From assembly GCA_036172245.1 (NCBI GenBank), contig JAYWIR010000002.1, positions 6,014,001 to 6,078,000 on the forward strand: a stretch of DNA of 64,000 bases, given 5' to 3'. The translations under genes were made by a program, and so were the position numbers. A model generated the notes under the pieces. It saw only the letters and a program-made list of their open reading frames with translations, ran no database searches and was not told where the DNA came from. Shown one piece after another: positions 24,741 through 37,600 of the stretch (positions within the stretch are counted from its first letter, which is position 1; each line of letters starts with the position of its first letter). Source of the DNA: Raillietiella orientalis (lineage: Eukaryota).

Positions 24741-25099
24741 AGTCGCCAAGGTGAGAGGGCTTTTTTCCCTTTCTTATTATTATTTCATGAACTCACCCAA
24801 CCGCAGTTCGGACTGGAGAAAAGACAGTTGAGAAGAACTGGATAGGCAACGGGAAGATTTGGAGTTACATGGAAATGGAACGAGGTACTGTACTTAAATA
24901 TTAGAGAAGGCTTAATAATCACAATTCCAAAAAAAAAAAAGAGATTAGAGGAATAATGAGAGAGGAAGCTGGAAAAGAGAGAAAAACTTTCTTGTGTTCG
25001 AGAGTAGAGAAAAAATGGTAAGGGCGGCTACTTGGGAATATCAGAGGTGCTTAATTATGTTACGTCGAATCAATTAAGAGGGCTCTGGCTGGTGAGACA

Positions 25100-26400
25100 A
25101 GCGTTTAGCGGATGCCTCCGTAGTTCAAGTAAGGAGAAGTGTTTGAAACTGCTCAGGAAAACATCAGCCAAATTAAAGATTCCGTTTGCCAAACAGCCAT
25201 ACGCATTTTAGGTGTAATTTCATAGAAGCAAGAATGAGGTAGCTTTAGGAATCATTGCCATTAACAGCGGCATGCATTGACCTTACTTGATAGCGAATTC
25301 TCAAAATCGGAGCACCTTGGAGAAGACATGACTGTTATCCTGTTCCTGTACTTGGTGTGTACACTGTCTACACTTATCTGCACTTCAGTGCACCCAGAGA
25401 GGGTGACCGTAAGTGCGTCAACGGGAAAAGGAATAAACAAGCAATATCTAGAGTGTCCGTGTGATCAGGGAAGATCAAATGCAGGTAATGGATGTTGATA
25501 AGGGATAGAGCGGAGGCTCTAGATAGGGAAAGACATCCGAGCCTTGCTGCTTTCATGAAGCCCGCGGAATCAAGCAGAGACCAAGACTGCAGGGCCGAAA
25601 TCATAGTCCGCGATGGAGAATCCGAGTGCAAACTGTTTAGTCCATCGAGCTGCAGCAAATAAGGAAACCAATGGTATCGTTGCCCTTAGGAAAATTCGTG
25701 CGGCGGAGAAAAAAAAGTTTTTTTTTTCATTTTGGTTTCGGTTTTAATAGTGGCGGGATACCTAGGCTAACTAGAATGGTCTCGATAATTTGGTGCTTGG
25801 TCAGCAGTGTTAATGCGATAATCTTGGAAGGCGGTCAAGGAGATTTAGATTGTGCGTTGACTCTTGATCCAGGAAGGAAAAATTTGACCCTAAGAAAGAT
25901 AAGAATAGTAAAAGTGAAGAATGAGTACACAGCTCCCGCAAGTTCTAACTGATTTATCTTTATGAAAGGAAGGTCTTCGAACGACGACCTTCGTTTCAGA
26001 CCTTTGGCGCAGAGAGGTCCATCTAAGATTGCAGATAAGATTGAAAGCAGGAGTGAAGAATACTCGCCGTGCATAAGGCAGCTCAGGGAAAGGGTTATCA
26101 GAGGAAGTGGTGGCTATGGAAGAATAGGTCGCAGTCTGCTTGCATGAAAGTTGAAAGAGAAAGGGTTGGCGGGTTAGTGATTTTGCAGTCACTAGTCATC
26201 GTAAAGGCAGGTCAAGGTAGTTATTCTTGGGCGTCAGCATTGCCTCATTTAGGGCATTGTAGATATGGAAGGGATGAGTTTGATGAGATCCTTGAAAACA
26301 TAATGAGAGCGCGTCCAGAAGCAGTGTCGGGGAGATGACGAGATGATGATGACATGGGTGGGGTAAGCAGTCTCGAGGTTTCGGGAAGTGATACTGAGGT
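25100..26400 (-). mobile_element. DIRS/Ngaro-like remnant (RNase H and tyrosine recombinase)
   Basis: 'KINQLELAGAV' (~25945, .IN.LEL.A) followed by 'DIACLFLFPLTHLRSPSLGALK' (~25390-25450, YR box I-like). Confidence 0.45.
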
Positions 26401-28199
26401 GTTTCTTCTAAAGCAAGATGAATACGGGTAGGTCAGGGATACATGGTAAGGAATTGGCGATCAAAGGGCTTGTAAAAGCGATGTGAATAGGCAGAATGAT
26501 TACTGAAATGTTCAGAAATGTTAGGCCAGATAAATGAACAAAGAAATAGGGAATAAACAGGGTAATGAAGATTTTGATTGATCGTTCAGTTCTCTCTCTC
26601 TCTCTCTTTCTGTTTTCTGAGTTATTTCTGATGGCTTCTGATTGCGTTTCCGCACCGTGAGAATAGTTGGGTTTCCTTAGCGATGGTGTGAGCCATGGAA
26701 AAAATCAAACAGTTAGAATGATCTCAGTGGAAGTAGCAAGATGGGATGTAGAAGAACTCCCATAAGGGGAAAGTAGGGTTCACTCACTAGCACTGTGTTT
26801 TACGGAGTAAAAGGTAGAGGTTGAAGGGGTGAAAGGTACTGTAATAACGGGATGAAATAGATAGTTTAGTTATAAAGAGTAGAAGAGGGAGTCGAATCAA
26901 ATCCAGTACTGGATCAGGTTGAGGCTTTTAGTCTTAATGCGGTAACTGGCACTTGGTAAGTTATTATTTTTTGTCCACATTTCTGTTTATTTAATATTCT
27001 TATCAAGTCCCTGAGACAAAACGAGCCAGGTTGGCTTGAGTCCATGTTTGACTCGGTAGATCCCTGAGGGGTGGTCGGTCGACCATGGGATTGCCGCCCG
27101 GTTTGCCAAAGACCTCGGGCTGGCGGTCCTGAAATAGAGTGGTAAGGAATGGACGGCTTGTGAGCTAATGATCATGTGGGTACTTATGTTATTCAGTGAC
27201 ATTGTCAGGGGGTTGTCTGTTGAGGGGTGTCGAAGATTTGGTGTGTGGAGGAAAGGAGGAGGGAGTGATGAATGAATCGAATTCGATGTTGTCGAAGCTG
27301 AGTATCCGCGCGGTCAGAACCGTGGTGGAAGAGGAAGAGTCGTGTCGCCATGAGCGAAAGGACGGACGCTCAGAGAATTCTGTCCTGTTGTCCCCGGTCC
27401 GACCAGCAGTGGGTGAATTCATTCGACGACGACTTTCGTGCAGACCCGCCGTCCACACGTTTCCGCGGAACACTTCGTTCAGCGTTTTCCGCACGCCAAA
27501 GTTCCAGGCGCCGAGCGTCGCTTCCTTCCTTCGGGATTCTTTCCCCGGTAGGAGACCACCGAGATTCCCCATTCCACTTTCTCGGGCAACAACGTCCTCC
27601 TTCATCCTCTATGTTCAAGATGCAGCAGTATGTCCAGGCAGGTGCCCTGGCACGGGCGAACCCGGTCCTGTGATTATCGAAATCACGAATAGATTGAAGT
27701 GATGACGACACGCAAAGCAGATTAGTGTGCGAGTTGGCAACGGAACGAACGGGTAGATGGATGGTTAGAATGACTACGGGATCTGGAGAAGAATGTGCTG
27801 CTCCATGAAACGAAGTATTGATACAAAATACGGGGAAACACTGCGTGGGATTGTCAAGTCCAGTGCACCGATTGATTCCTCCACACGGGAACGATGACGG
27901 CAGTCCTGTAAATAAATGGATTTCTCCGGGGGAGTTATGCAAACGTTGCGGTTAATCTGATCTTGCGAGGTGATCGGTAATGCATATTAATTGTATTCAT
28001 TAATAAAGTAGTAATGTGGAGATTGGGATAATAAGGGATACGATTGTGCTTCATAGACTGAAGACGGTAAGGGATGTGGGGAGCGGAATCGTCCCTACGT
28101 CTCGGGAAGTGTTTATAGAAAGAAGGTTACGCTTGCTCCAATGAATAGGAAGAATCGGATAATTTAAGAGGGGGTAGTCCTGTCATCAGAGGGTACTAG

Positions 28200-29500
28200 C
28201 GGATAAACCCCGCGATGATAGAGGAGGCAGGGGAGCCCCTAAGATACAACACGGTGAAAGTGTGCTGCCACATATTAAGTGTCGTGGCGTGTCGGTGGAC
28301 GGGTTCGCCACGGCAATTCTGCCGAGGGGGGAAGAGCAAGCCGGAGCGCTTTGCTTCGTGCTGTGGGAAGAAAAGTGCCGGGCGGTAGAGTGCGTCACGT
28401 GTGTGCCAGGGTCATCGGTCAAGACATTGGTCGATTCTTGCGGAGGCCGACGGTGATTGTGGTCAAACGAGCCCGTGTCCCAATGCCCTACGGAAGGCAT
28501 TTCGAGCCCAAAGATGAGCTCAGGCGAACAGGCGGTGAGGACTGTGGAACCCTGTGTGCTTCCGGGGCGGCTTCTGAGTGTCAGAATGGATCCACCGCGC
28601 CAGGTGGCGTTGTCATAGCTCGGCTCCTGTTCTCTTCTTCCAGCCGCGTTCTGTTTCTTGCGCAGGAAAGAGGAAGTCCTGAGAGCGATTCGCACGCGAG
28701 GCTTGGGGTCCATGAGGAGTCGACGCAGACGCAGGTCAGAAAGCCTGGAGGGTGGTCCCCGAACGGGACTCGCCTTTACTCATCCGATGGGCGTCAGCAT
28801 GGTTGGGCCGTTCGTTGCGGAAGAAGATTCGTGTGTTCATCTTCGCAGCGGCCAGTTGCCTTGCTGTCCTCATCTTCACTCCCAGCAACCGTACCTGTCG
28901 CCGATCAGCTCTGAACGGCTTCGAACCGATCCCCTCGCATTCGAGGAAACACCAGATATCAGTGCGCATCCACTTCAGGAAGGATCTCTTGGCGAGTGGG
29001 ATAGGCATCCCTGCACCTCACTGCGACTTACAGTGGACCCCAGACTCGCGGGTAAAAAAGTTCTCCTGGAGCAGGAAGGAAACGGGATGAAAATTTTTCA
29101 AGAGAGGAGCGCAGAATGAAATCGAAACCAGAGGCGACTTCGGGTTTTTCCCCCCGGAAAGTGAGGAGACTCCTCCGGCGTTCTCTCGAGAAAAGCTGCT
29201 CGGATGGAACCCCCGGTGCGGCGCTCGCGTTATCAAGACTGCCTCTATGATGGCCTTTCTCGAGTCTTCCAACGCACTCTTCCGGAGGGAGGCCAACTTT
29301 CTCGATCCCAGAGCTGCACTCTCCGTCTTCGAGGGAAGTCGAAAGCCGAATTTTCGCATTCGACCGGGAGAACTCGTTCGATCCTGCCTTCCTGCAGGGC
29401 TCGGATCCCAGTTGAGGAGTATGTTCCTCCCTCCGCATTGAGCATAGAGGCCCGCCATTATCACCACCGAACGGGTCCGACTAGGTATACCTGAAGAAGA
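28200..29500 (-). mobile_element. Decayed LINE RT fragment
   Basis: 'VPFGDHPPGFLTCVCVD' (~28720-28770) resembles VPQGDPLSP.LF...D, followed by 'SYDNA' at a YADD-like position. Confidence 0.35.
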
Positions 29501-31249
29501 GTCATTTTCCGTTGGCCGCGATCAAGCGCACGTGACCAAGAAGAAGGAAGAGAACGGAACTGAGGCGACGACTCCTCGACCCTGTACGCGGTTGCTACTT
29601 AAAAAAGACGTTCTCTAACGATGAAGCTAAGCTGGTCTCAACGCCCTTCTTTCCTGATAACGGTTGATTTCTGACATGTGGATGCTCCTCCTCTTTCGTT
29701 TGGCTCTTACATGATGCACTGTCTTGGCATCCGACAGTTCCTCCCTTTGAAACAGCATCCTGCCTCTGGTAGGCGCTACTCCTAAAGAGGATGGAAGAGA
29801 AACACTATCACGGATTAGTGTTTCCTCCTTTCGTCCATCGGGTCCACTTTCGCTGGCGGGTCACGGGCGTCGGCCTGGCGGCTGAACAAGAAACCTTCCG
29901 CCGGCCTGCAGCCTTCTCGAGACCTTCCCTTTCCGCTCGCAGCACCAATCCCTCACCTCCCTCCCGATTCCAAGGAGATCAAGGATCAGCACTGACACGC
30001 GTCGTTCGCATGCTCCGTGACATCACTGCTAGCGGTGAACATCCCGACTTTGGCCGCAGATGCTCTCCAAACCGGCCTTTGTCGCTCCCTTGATAGTCAA
30101 TGAGGTGGAAGAACAGCGCGCTTCGGTCACTAGGACTGGAGGGAGGGTCGCCAATACTTTTCCGGCGCCGTCCTGATCTTTCCCATCTCGCACCCGTAGG
30201 AGCTTCTCAGTGCTGCAGGCGACCCCAGGCTGTTGTTTTCAGCTTTCTCGTGCTCGAGGGGCTTCCCCTCCATTTGTAAAGGGGCGGTCATCACCTAAGC
30301 GCGCTTGTGTCAAGTTTTCTCTTGATCGGTTGATCTGTTGTTGAGGCTACAGTTGCGCACTTCTGCGACTAACTCGAATTCTGCGGCAACCTCGCACGCG
30401 GAGAATGCTTCCCAGAGGATTTCCCCCAAAAAATTAGTGCGCAGAAGCTGAAGAGTTCGTTCGCTTTCGATACGAGAAGGATGCGAGGAATTGAGACAGG
30501 GAGGAAGTCATCAAAGGTCTTAATTAGGACTAATTATAATTCTTATTTGGAAATGGTTGAAGGATTTCCGACGAGGTCGGCTGTGACCTATACGGAGTGA
30601 GACCCCGCCGAAAAAATCGGCTCATTGGGATTAGCTCAGAAGAACCCATGATCGTCATGATCAGCTACCCATCGCGGGGAGCCTTGCACAGTGCTGAAGA
30701 CCCACAGATGCACTGCCTTAGGATTCGGAGGAAAATTTTCACAAGCATCTCGAAATGTCAACATGAAGACCTGTAGGTCTTCGAAGGTACAGGCAGAAGC
30801 CTTCCTCCGTGTGCCGGAGAGTACAAGCCACCCGTGCAGGAGATTCTCTTTCCCAAATTTTGGTGGTGGACACGTCGAGATGAGCCCAACTCAAAATGCG
30901 CATCTCAAGAAGGGGGAAGGACCACCTGGCGCGCGTGCACGTCATGAAAGGTGCGTGCATGTTGCCCTGGTTCTTGCACTCTTGAATTTCTTGTGCACAT
31001 TCGCACCTAAGCATTCCCGCTTTCACTTCGGTTCATTCGTTTCGTGCATGGGTCCTGGGAAAGCGAAGGAAGAGAAAAGAAACGTGGTGAGGAATGGAAA
31101 CACCGCGAACCGAGTAAACCACAATGAGATTTGCGTAATATACTTGAACGGAAGCAGCAGTATTCTGTTGCTGCTTTCCGTTAGCTGAACCCCACGAAAG
31201 AGAAAACGTTCCTTTTCTCTTTCCTTTCTTTTTTTTTTTTTTTTTGTCT

Positions 31250-32490
31250 CTCTTTGGGAGTTAGCTCGTTGCCTGACGAAGAGGTAATCCTGACAGCAAC
31301 GAACCGGTCGTCCGAGAATCACGACTCCTTCTTATGGCCTCATTCCTCATCCCCGAACTCGGATGCGTTTCGACAACCCTCAATGACCCGTTCAGCCTAT
31401 CCCTTCGGCGAATGGCGGCTTGCGCTCTTCCTGCATCCCCATTAAATCATGAAGAGGAATCGGGTTCATTCCGCAACCGTTGCTTTGGAGCGATTTCACA
31501 GGAAGGCCGAGGGAGAAACCAGAAGAGAAGCGATTCTGGAGAACATTCGGGAAGAGACAGTAACGTCACGATGCTCGATGCTTCCCAGTGATTTACTGAA
31601 ATTACCATCAAGAAGAAGGCTGCAAAACAACCGCACTCTTAGCAAACATCAAGTTCTTACCTAGCTCTGCTTTTGGCTAAAGGATAGGCCGAAAGATGAC
31701 AGGCGACGACGGCGAGATAAGAAATTTACACGTCCTAGAGCGAAACTTAGGAGAAAGAATGGTTTCGTTCCTCATCGTTCCCTGAAATTCGGTGGACGAT
31801 GTCCCTGAATGGAGCAGCCGCTATCCAACAACACCTTGGACAAGAGGAATCGCTAAGTGAGGACGCACGACTCTAGAAAGAAAAAATCTAGATCAAGCCA
31901 TAGATGAAGTAGTAATGTGGTAGTAATCTGCTTTCACACTTAAATCAAGACTGCATTGTATTAAGGCTACACATTTTAAAATAGCTACATCACCACTATT
32001 GGCTCTCTTGGCAGTATGATGGGTCATGCGCATTGCACAAGAGCGATCAGGCGGAACCGTGGAAAGGCAGCTGCATTTTGATGAAGAAGGATTCAAGACT
32101 TTACTGCTCCAAGATAAGGATGCTGGTTTCCGTGTCTTTCGAACCGAGTTGAAGCAAGTGACTTGTTCAGCTGCTGCTCCAGAGTACTCTGCTCATCCCT
32201 TGGTGCCCTCCTCAAATTCTCCTGGCCGAGGTCCTTGATTTTCTCCCGTTCTCCTTGCATCAAAGAAGACAGTAGCGGACCATTAATTAATGCGATAGAG
32301 AAATGTCAGGAAGTTGCGACACACCAAGCAGCCATTTTATAACTTTCGAAATCAGAGCTGCAAGTGTGGAACTCGCTGGTGATCGGAGCCAAAGAAGAGT
32401 AAAAGAAGCGCTGCTCAAAAAGAGCCGAATCGACAAACTTAGAAATGTGAAAGCGAATGCTCAGCAAGCACGTTTGATTTCTTGATTCAC
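31250..32490 (+). mobile_element. Penelope-like element remnant (RT thumb and GIY-YIG C-terminus)
   Basis: 'FRQPSMT...LHPH*IMKR' (YRKPT...HP...K-like) and 'HFITFE...RSQRRVKEALL' (H...F...R..KEA..I of PLE endonucleases). Confidence 0.4.
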
Positions 32491-34699
32491 AATGAGGGTT
32501 TCAAGAACTCGCTTGAAGACGATCTCTCCTTGGGAAACTATCCCTGAGGTCAAGATCGCGACCTTCGCGAATTGGTCTGCGAAGAATCAGAACACAGGAT
32601 TTATTGTCATCACTTGTTTTTTTCGTTGTGTAGTTTGCAGCCAGTTTGGTACGCTTCCCACCTTTTGATGCTTTCACCATCAGCTGCCCTCTGGAAACGC
32701 TACCACTGCTTGCAACAGTCTTCGTTTCATGAAATGCATCTTTCCGATCTTTCCAAGGTCTCCCCTCCTTTCTCGCAGGCACCATCGGAAAAATCCTTGC
32801 CTCTGACCGATTGCGTGTTGCCGTTTTCGAGCTTTACAGGTCGGTGCAAAAAATGACTGCGGTTGCGGCGCCTTCCCACAGAACTTGCGCGTGTTTGGCA
32901 CCGGATGCGAAGTTCAAGAGATGCACGCGACCTTCCTCTTGGATCATTCGGCAGGAATATTCTTCGCCTTCCGACTCATCATTTCCACGCAGCGCCCCGC
33001 TTCCTTGCACGTTTCCATGGGCTATGAATCACACTCGGACAGAATACAAGAAGCGAACTCCAGCATCTGATGATTCGGGAGAAATATCTGTCTTGCACAG
33101 TGTTGCAACTTCGTGATGAATCCCATTTGGCAAAACTTGCGCGAGCACGGAGCGTCCCGACGCCTGAAAGGGTTAACACGGTACGCGCAAAAAAAAAAAA
33201 CTCTCGTTTGCAAAGATTCGAAATAGCATCCAGGCCCACTTTGTGCAGCGATCTTAAAGGGAAGTGCAGCTTCCGAACGCTGGCCTCAGAGGCTCCCGCA
33301 AATCTTCGACGTCCGAAAAATCCCCGCCGCGCTGCTTCACGACGTTTCCAGCTAGCAACGGTCCCGTCTCGCCCAGGATACTTCTCCCGCGAGCGAAACT
33401 TCGTAAACCGCTGAGCCCCTTCCGGTTCGCTCTTTCCACCGGATCACCCGTCCTGTTCGCTGATCCTCCTCCTCAACCGTGTCTCAGCGAAATCTCAATT
33501 CGCAGCTCCCCTGGCATTTTGAGTGTCAGTTCAGCAAGGAAACGAATCTCTTCAGCAACTGTAAAATTTGCCTCGTTCCCTTTTTTACCAGGCTTTCGCT
33601 CTTCTTCTTAACTGCGGGAGGGCAAAGGTTATGTGCAGCTCACGAACGGTTGAGCCGCTGGAAAGATGTCGCTCGCATCGCTGCTAACGGGAATTGCCCG
33701 TGACCGACGCTGGTATTCCCCTCCCCGTGCCCATCATCCCTTGGCGGGAACAAGCGGGAATCTTCGATGCACTCAGCGGCATTCCCGAATGCGATGAGGG
33801 AAATCCCAATACTCGCCAGCCAACGCGCAACGAAGTTTTCCTCTGAGATGGCGCAGGGAGGGGACACCAGGCATGCCCATTCTCAGATTACGGATATTTT
33901 CGAACACGAACCCGATGAAAGGAAACGGGATGCTGGATGAGACACACAGAGAGAGATACGTGAAATTTTCAGAGCGAATATCACGTTTCGACACGATTGC
34001 GTAAAGTGTGAGGCCCTTAAATCGCAGGGGGTTACTCAGAACGGACGAAAGTGAAATTGGGACGGACAACCGCGATGACTTTTACCGATAGATGGAAAAG
34101 GATGATCTTCAGGATAAGATACAAGAGAATGCTGAGGAATTCGAGGAAAATGCGCGCACGCATGAAAGATCCGGGAAAGGGGGAGGGAAGATGAGGATCT
34201 TTCTTGTTTCCGCGTGTGTGCGTAGTGCTGCATTTCCTTGTGGTCAAACAGTGATGCCTCCTCGAAGATGACAAGGCAGCAGCAGACACAATGAAATCCC
34301 GCGTTTGGACCTTTCTGTGGCCCCATCGATGGGAAACCTGGAAGCCGAAGCCTTCCCGTTGGACGAGCCGCATTCGTGATGGATGTACGTCCTCGCGATC
34401 ACCACTTCGGCAAGAAAAGGGAAAGACGGAGAATGCAAGTGGGGAACACAAAACGGCTGATTGAATCTTGAAAGCTGCGAAAGAGCACCTTTGCTGCATG
34501 AACAGCTGGAATGTCAAATCGGGCTTGGGAATTCACTTCCTCTCCCCCCCTCACCATTCTGGAAGTAGCAAGAAGAGCATGCGCGAGGAAGCGATGCAGT
34601 TCGGATGCGCTTCGAACCCCCGTTACCCCAGGCACGTTGAGTACGCACGATTTTCGTGACGTGCTCTCCTATCAAAACCGGGTTCAATTATCAGTGATT

Positions 34700-37600
34700 C
34701 GAGGAAAAGATACGATTGCAAGGAAAGAAGAAGAAAAAAGAAGCATCTCAAGTACATCGCGAAGAAATGCTCCGTCTCCCGATTGTTCAGACCAAAGGAG
34801 ATCGGCACTGTTTTATGGACGCCATCGAAAAGACAGACGTGGGTCTGCTTGCCACTCAAGTGGTGTTTCAAACGGCGTCACAGCTCATTCAGCGTATAAG
34901 AAATGTGTGGCGGGAAAGAACCCGGAACTCATTAGAGATGTTGCAGCATCAGCTCGTACTGATCCTGGCAAAACACGAGCTGAAAGAATACTCTGTCACA
35001 CAGAAAGAACTGGGGAGTTGCACGAGGTGAAAGGAAAGATCCAGATCGATGGAACAGCGGATTAGATAAAATGAGAAAGAGAGAGAAGCAGAACCGTTCA
35101 GCCTTCTGCAGACTGCACTCTTCGGGAAAATGGCGATTTCGGTCTTGCTGGCGCTGAAGGAATGCCCCCCTGGTTCCGGTGTCAAGATGGCATTTGTGAG
35201 CGCAGCAAATTCCCTACACGATACTTCAAACTTTTCGATATCCAGGAAACAGCAAGCAGCGCACGCACGAACGAAAAGACAAGGTCCAACGTCAACGGAT
35301 CCTAACAGTTCGGGATGAAGGAACGTACAGGAACAGTGTACATCCGTGATGAATTTACCAGATCTCATTCGCAAGGCGGAAAGAGCTTCGTACGCCTGAT
35401 GCCTCACGCCTCACCTTGTCCTTAACACTATCACTCTCGGTGCTACCGAACCCCTCGCTCGTTGCGATGGAGAGACATCAGCATCATTTCGATTTAAGCG
35501 TTTCGGAAAAGCTCCGGAAATGCTTCCCGATTCAAAAATAGCGGCCTCTGTTTACTTTTGAACATTTGAACCTGTTTACACCGCTGCCTCACAAAAGACA
35601 TGGGTTTGAGTATTACGAGAGAGGGCCACGTCTTCAAGGATGGACCCAGAAAAAGAGGTTGCTGTAAACTTTACTCGAAATCTTTTTGAATTCTGAGACG
35701 CATTCGTACGCAGCCTCCAGTCCTTGTAGCCATGGGATGCCCTGTCAGCGAACGAGCTGCCGGGGATTTTTTTTTTTTTTTTTTCTTCTATCTATCGGAG
35801 CATTATTTTCTTCAGCGCCAGTGCTCGAAACTCATCCGCCAATCTTATCGGTACACACACGACTCGAATTATCTGATCCACATGTTTTGAGAACGTGTTG
35901 AAATTTCGGCACCCTCCCTTTCGTTTGCTGCTCCAGAAGGAACACGATGACCGCGATTCCCTCTTTAATCCTTCTAGGAAGGAAAGGGTCTAGTGCACCT
36001 CGCCGTTACCATTAGAATTCCAAACGTGTGTAGCATATGCTCTTTGCAAAACACTTGTAGGTGAGATGCGTGTCCTTGGCACGCATGCAGCGTAAAGAGA
36101 GAAAAAAACGAAAAACAAAAAAACTGCTGGAAGATACTCGATCGCATGTTTCCAGAGATCTCATCTTCTGCATCAAATCCTGGCTTCGCATTTCTCTAGC
36201 GATTCGAATTCTCATGCAGCGAAGTGGTACGTTTAGGGGGATGTTGTTACCCTCTATTTCACTTTTCATTTCTCTCTTCGTTTTCTAAGACCGGAAGTTT
36301 CATCCAATAAAGCACAAAAGTCCCTCATTTCTTATGCTTCTGAACTCCCAGTCCAAGGATTTTAATCTTGTTCCCATGGCAATGAAGGTGCCAATTCGCA
36401 TCTCATTCATCTGCAACTTGTTTCAGAACGAAACAAGCCATCGGACAATCTTTTTTGCGCGCGCGCGTGTGTATGTGTGCGTGCGTGTGTGCGGAAAGAA
36501 AAGAATTTCCACTCGCCTCTGAAAATTTGCTTTCAGGAACGAAATCGGATTCAGCCATTCTATGCTCACACATGGATCGCTTCTGCCTATTAGATTTTTC
36601 CATCTAAATTTTCGCTTTCTACCATTCAAAGATTACGCGACGGTACCAATAGATTGCACGGCAGATTCGTCTGTAGAGCCCGTGCACGTCTAATGGAAAC
36701 TTGCCGATGGCAACCGTGGGGCACTCGAGAAAAAGCAGGCGAATCCCTTCTTCAAGAGACTAAATCTTCAAAGAGTTTCTCGGAAACCTTAGAATCGGTT
36801 CCCATTCACTGTTTTCGCCTTCCTCACGCAATAAGAAAGATTCCCGAGTTTTCAAGTCGTTGCTCCGAGGGGAAGCGGAAGGCGCTTTGGTTTCCTCATA
36901 GCCGAAGCATGTTGGAATCCTCATTCTCGTGATAATCGTACGATATCAAAGATCCTGATCAATTATGATTCACGCTCTCGTTGGAAGTTGTATGGAGTGC
37001 AGCGGGCCACCACTGTGTAATATTCTGGAAGAGAGCGTTGGAAAATATCCCGATTGCTACGAGTGAATACAGTTCCCTGGAATTCTCGATTCCTAGAGCT
37101 TGAAGTGTTCGAGTGCACGCCTTGCTTGGCGCTTATTTGCGCTCTTTATCGGTCTCTTTATTTCCAGCTCACTTTCTCCCTGTCATTCCAAGAGCGGAAC
37201 ATGGGAGAGAAGCAAGTCGATCCTTTCCCGAGGATTTACCTCATGACAAAGATGCACCGAACTCTTCGATGACGTCCCAGCTGAAGGCGCCTCTGATCTT
37301 AAGGCAGATAAAACGGAATATTAGGAATTACTCCTCTAATATTCTCAAGCACTGGAGTGCAATGAGGAGTCGGATGTGAGATTGGCGCCTGCTGAGGATT
37401 CTGGGAACTAGATAGCTTTGCTACTTGTGATGCACAGCATCTGTGTTGTAGTCACTTCGAAAGTCATGGCAACTCTGATTCCAGTGCCAAATATGCTTAC
37501 AGATATAGAAGTCATCCCTATTGATTCTTCTATATTTAAAGTTTTGTTTGTCCTTGTCTGTTAACTATGCTTTCTCGTTCTTAGGATCATTAATCTGTTC

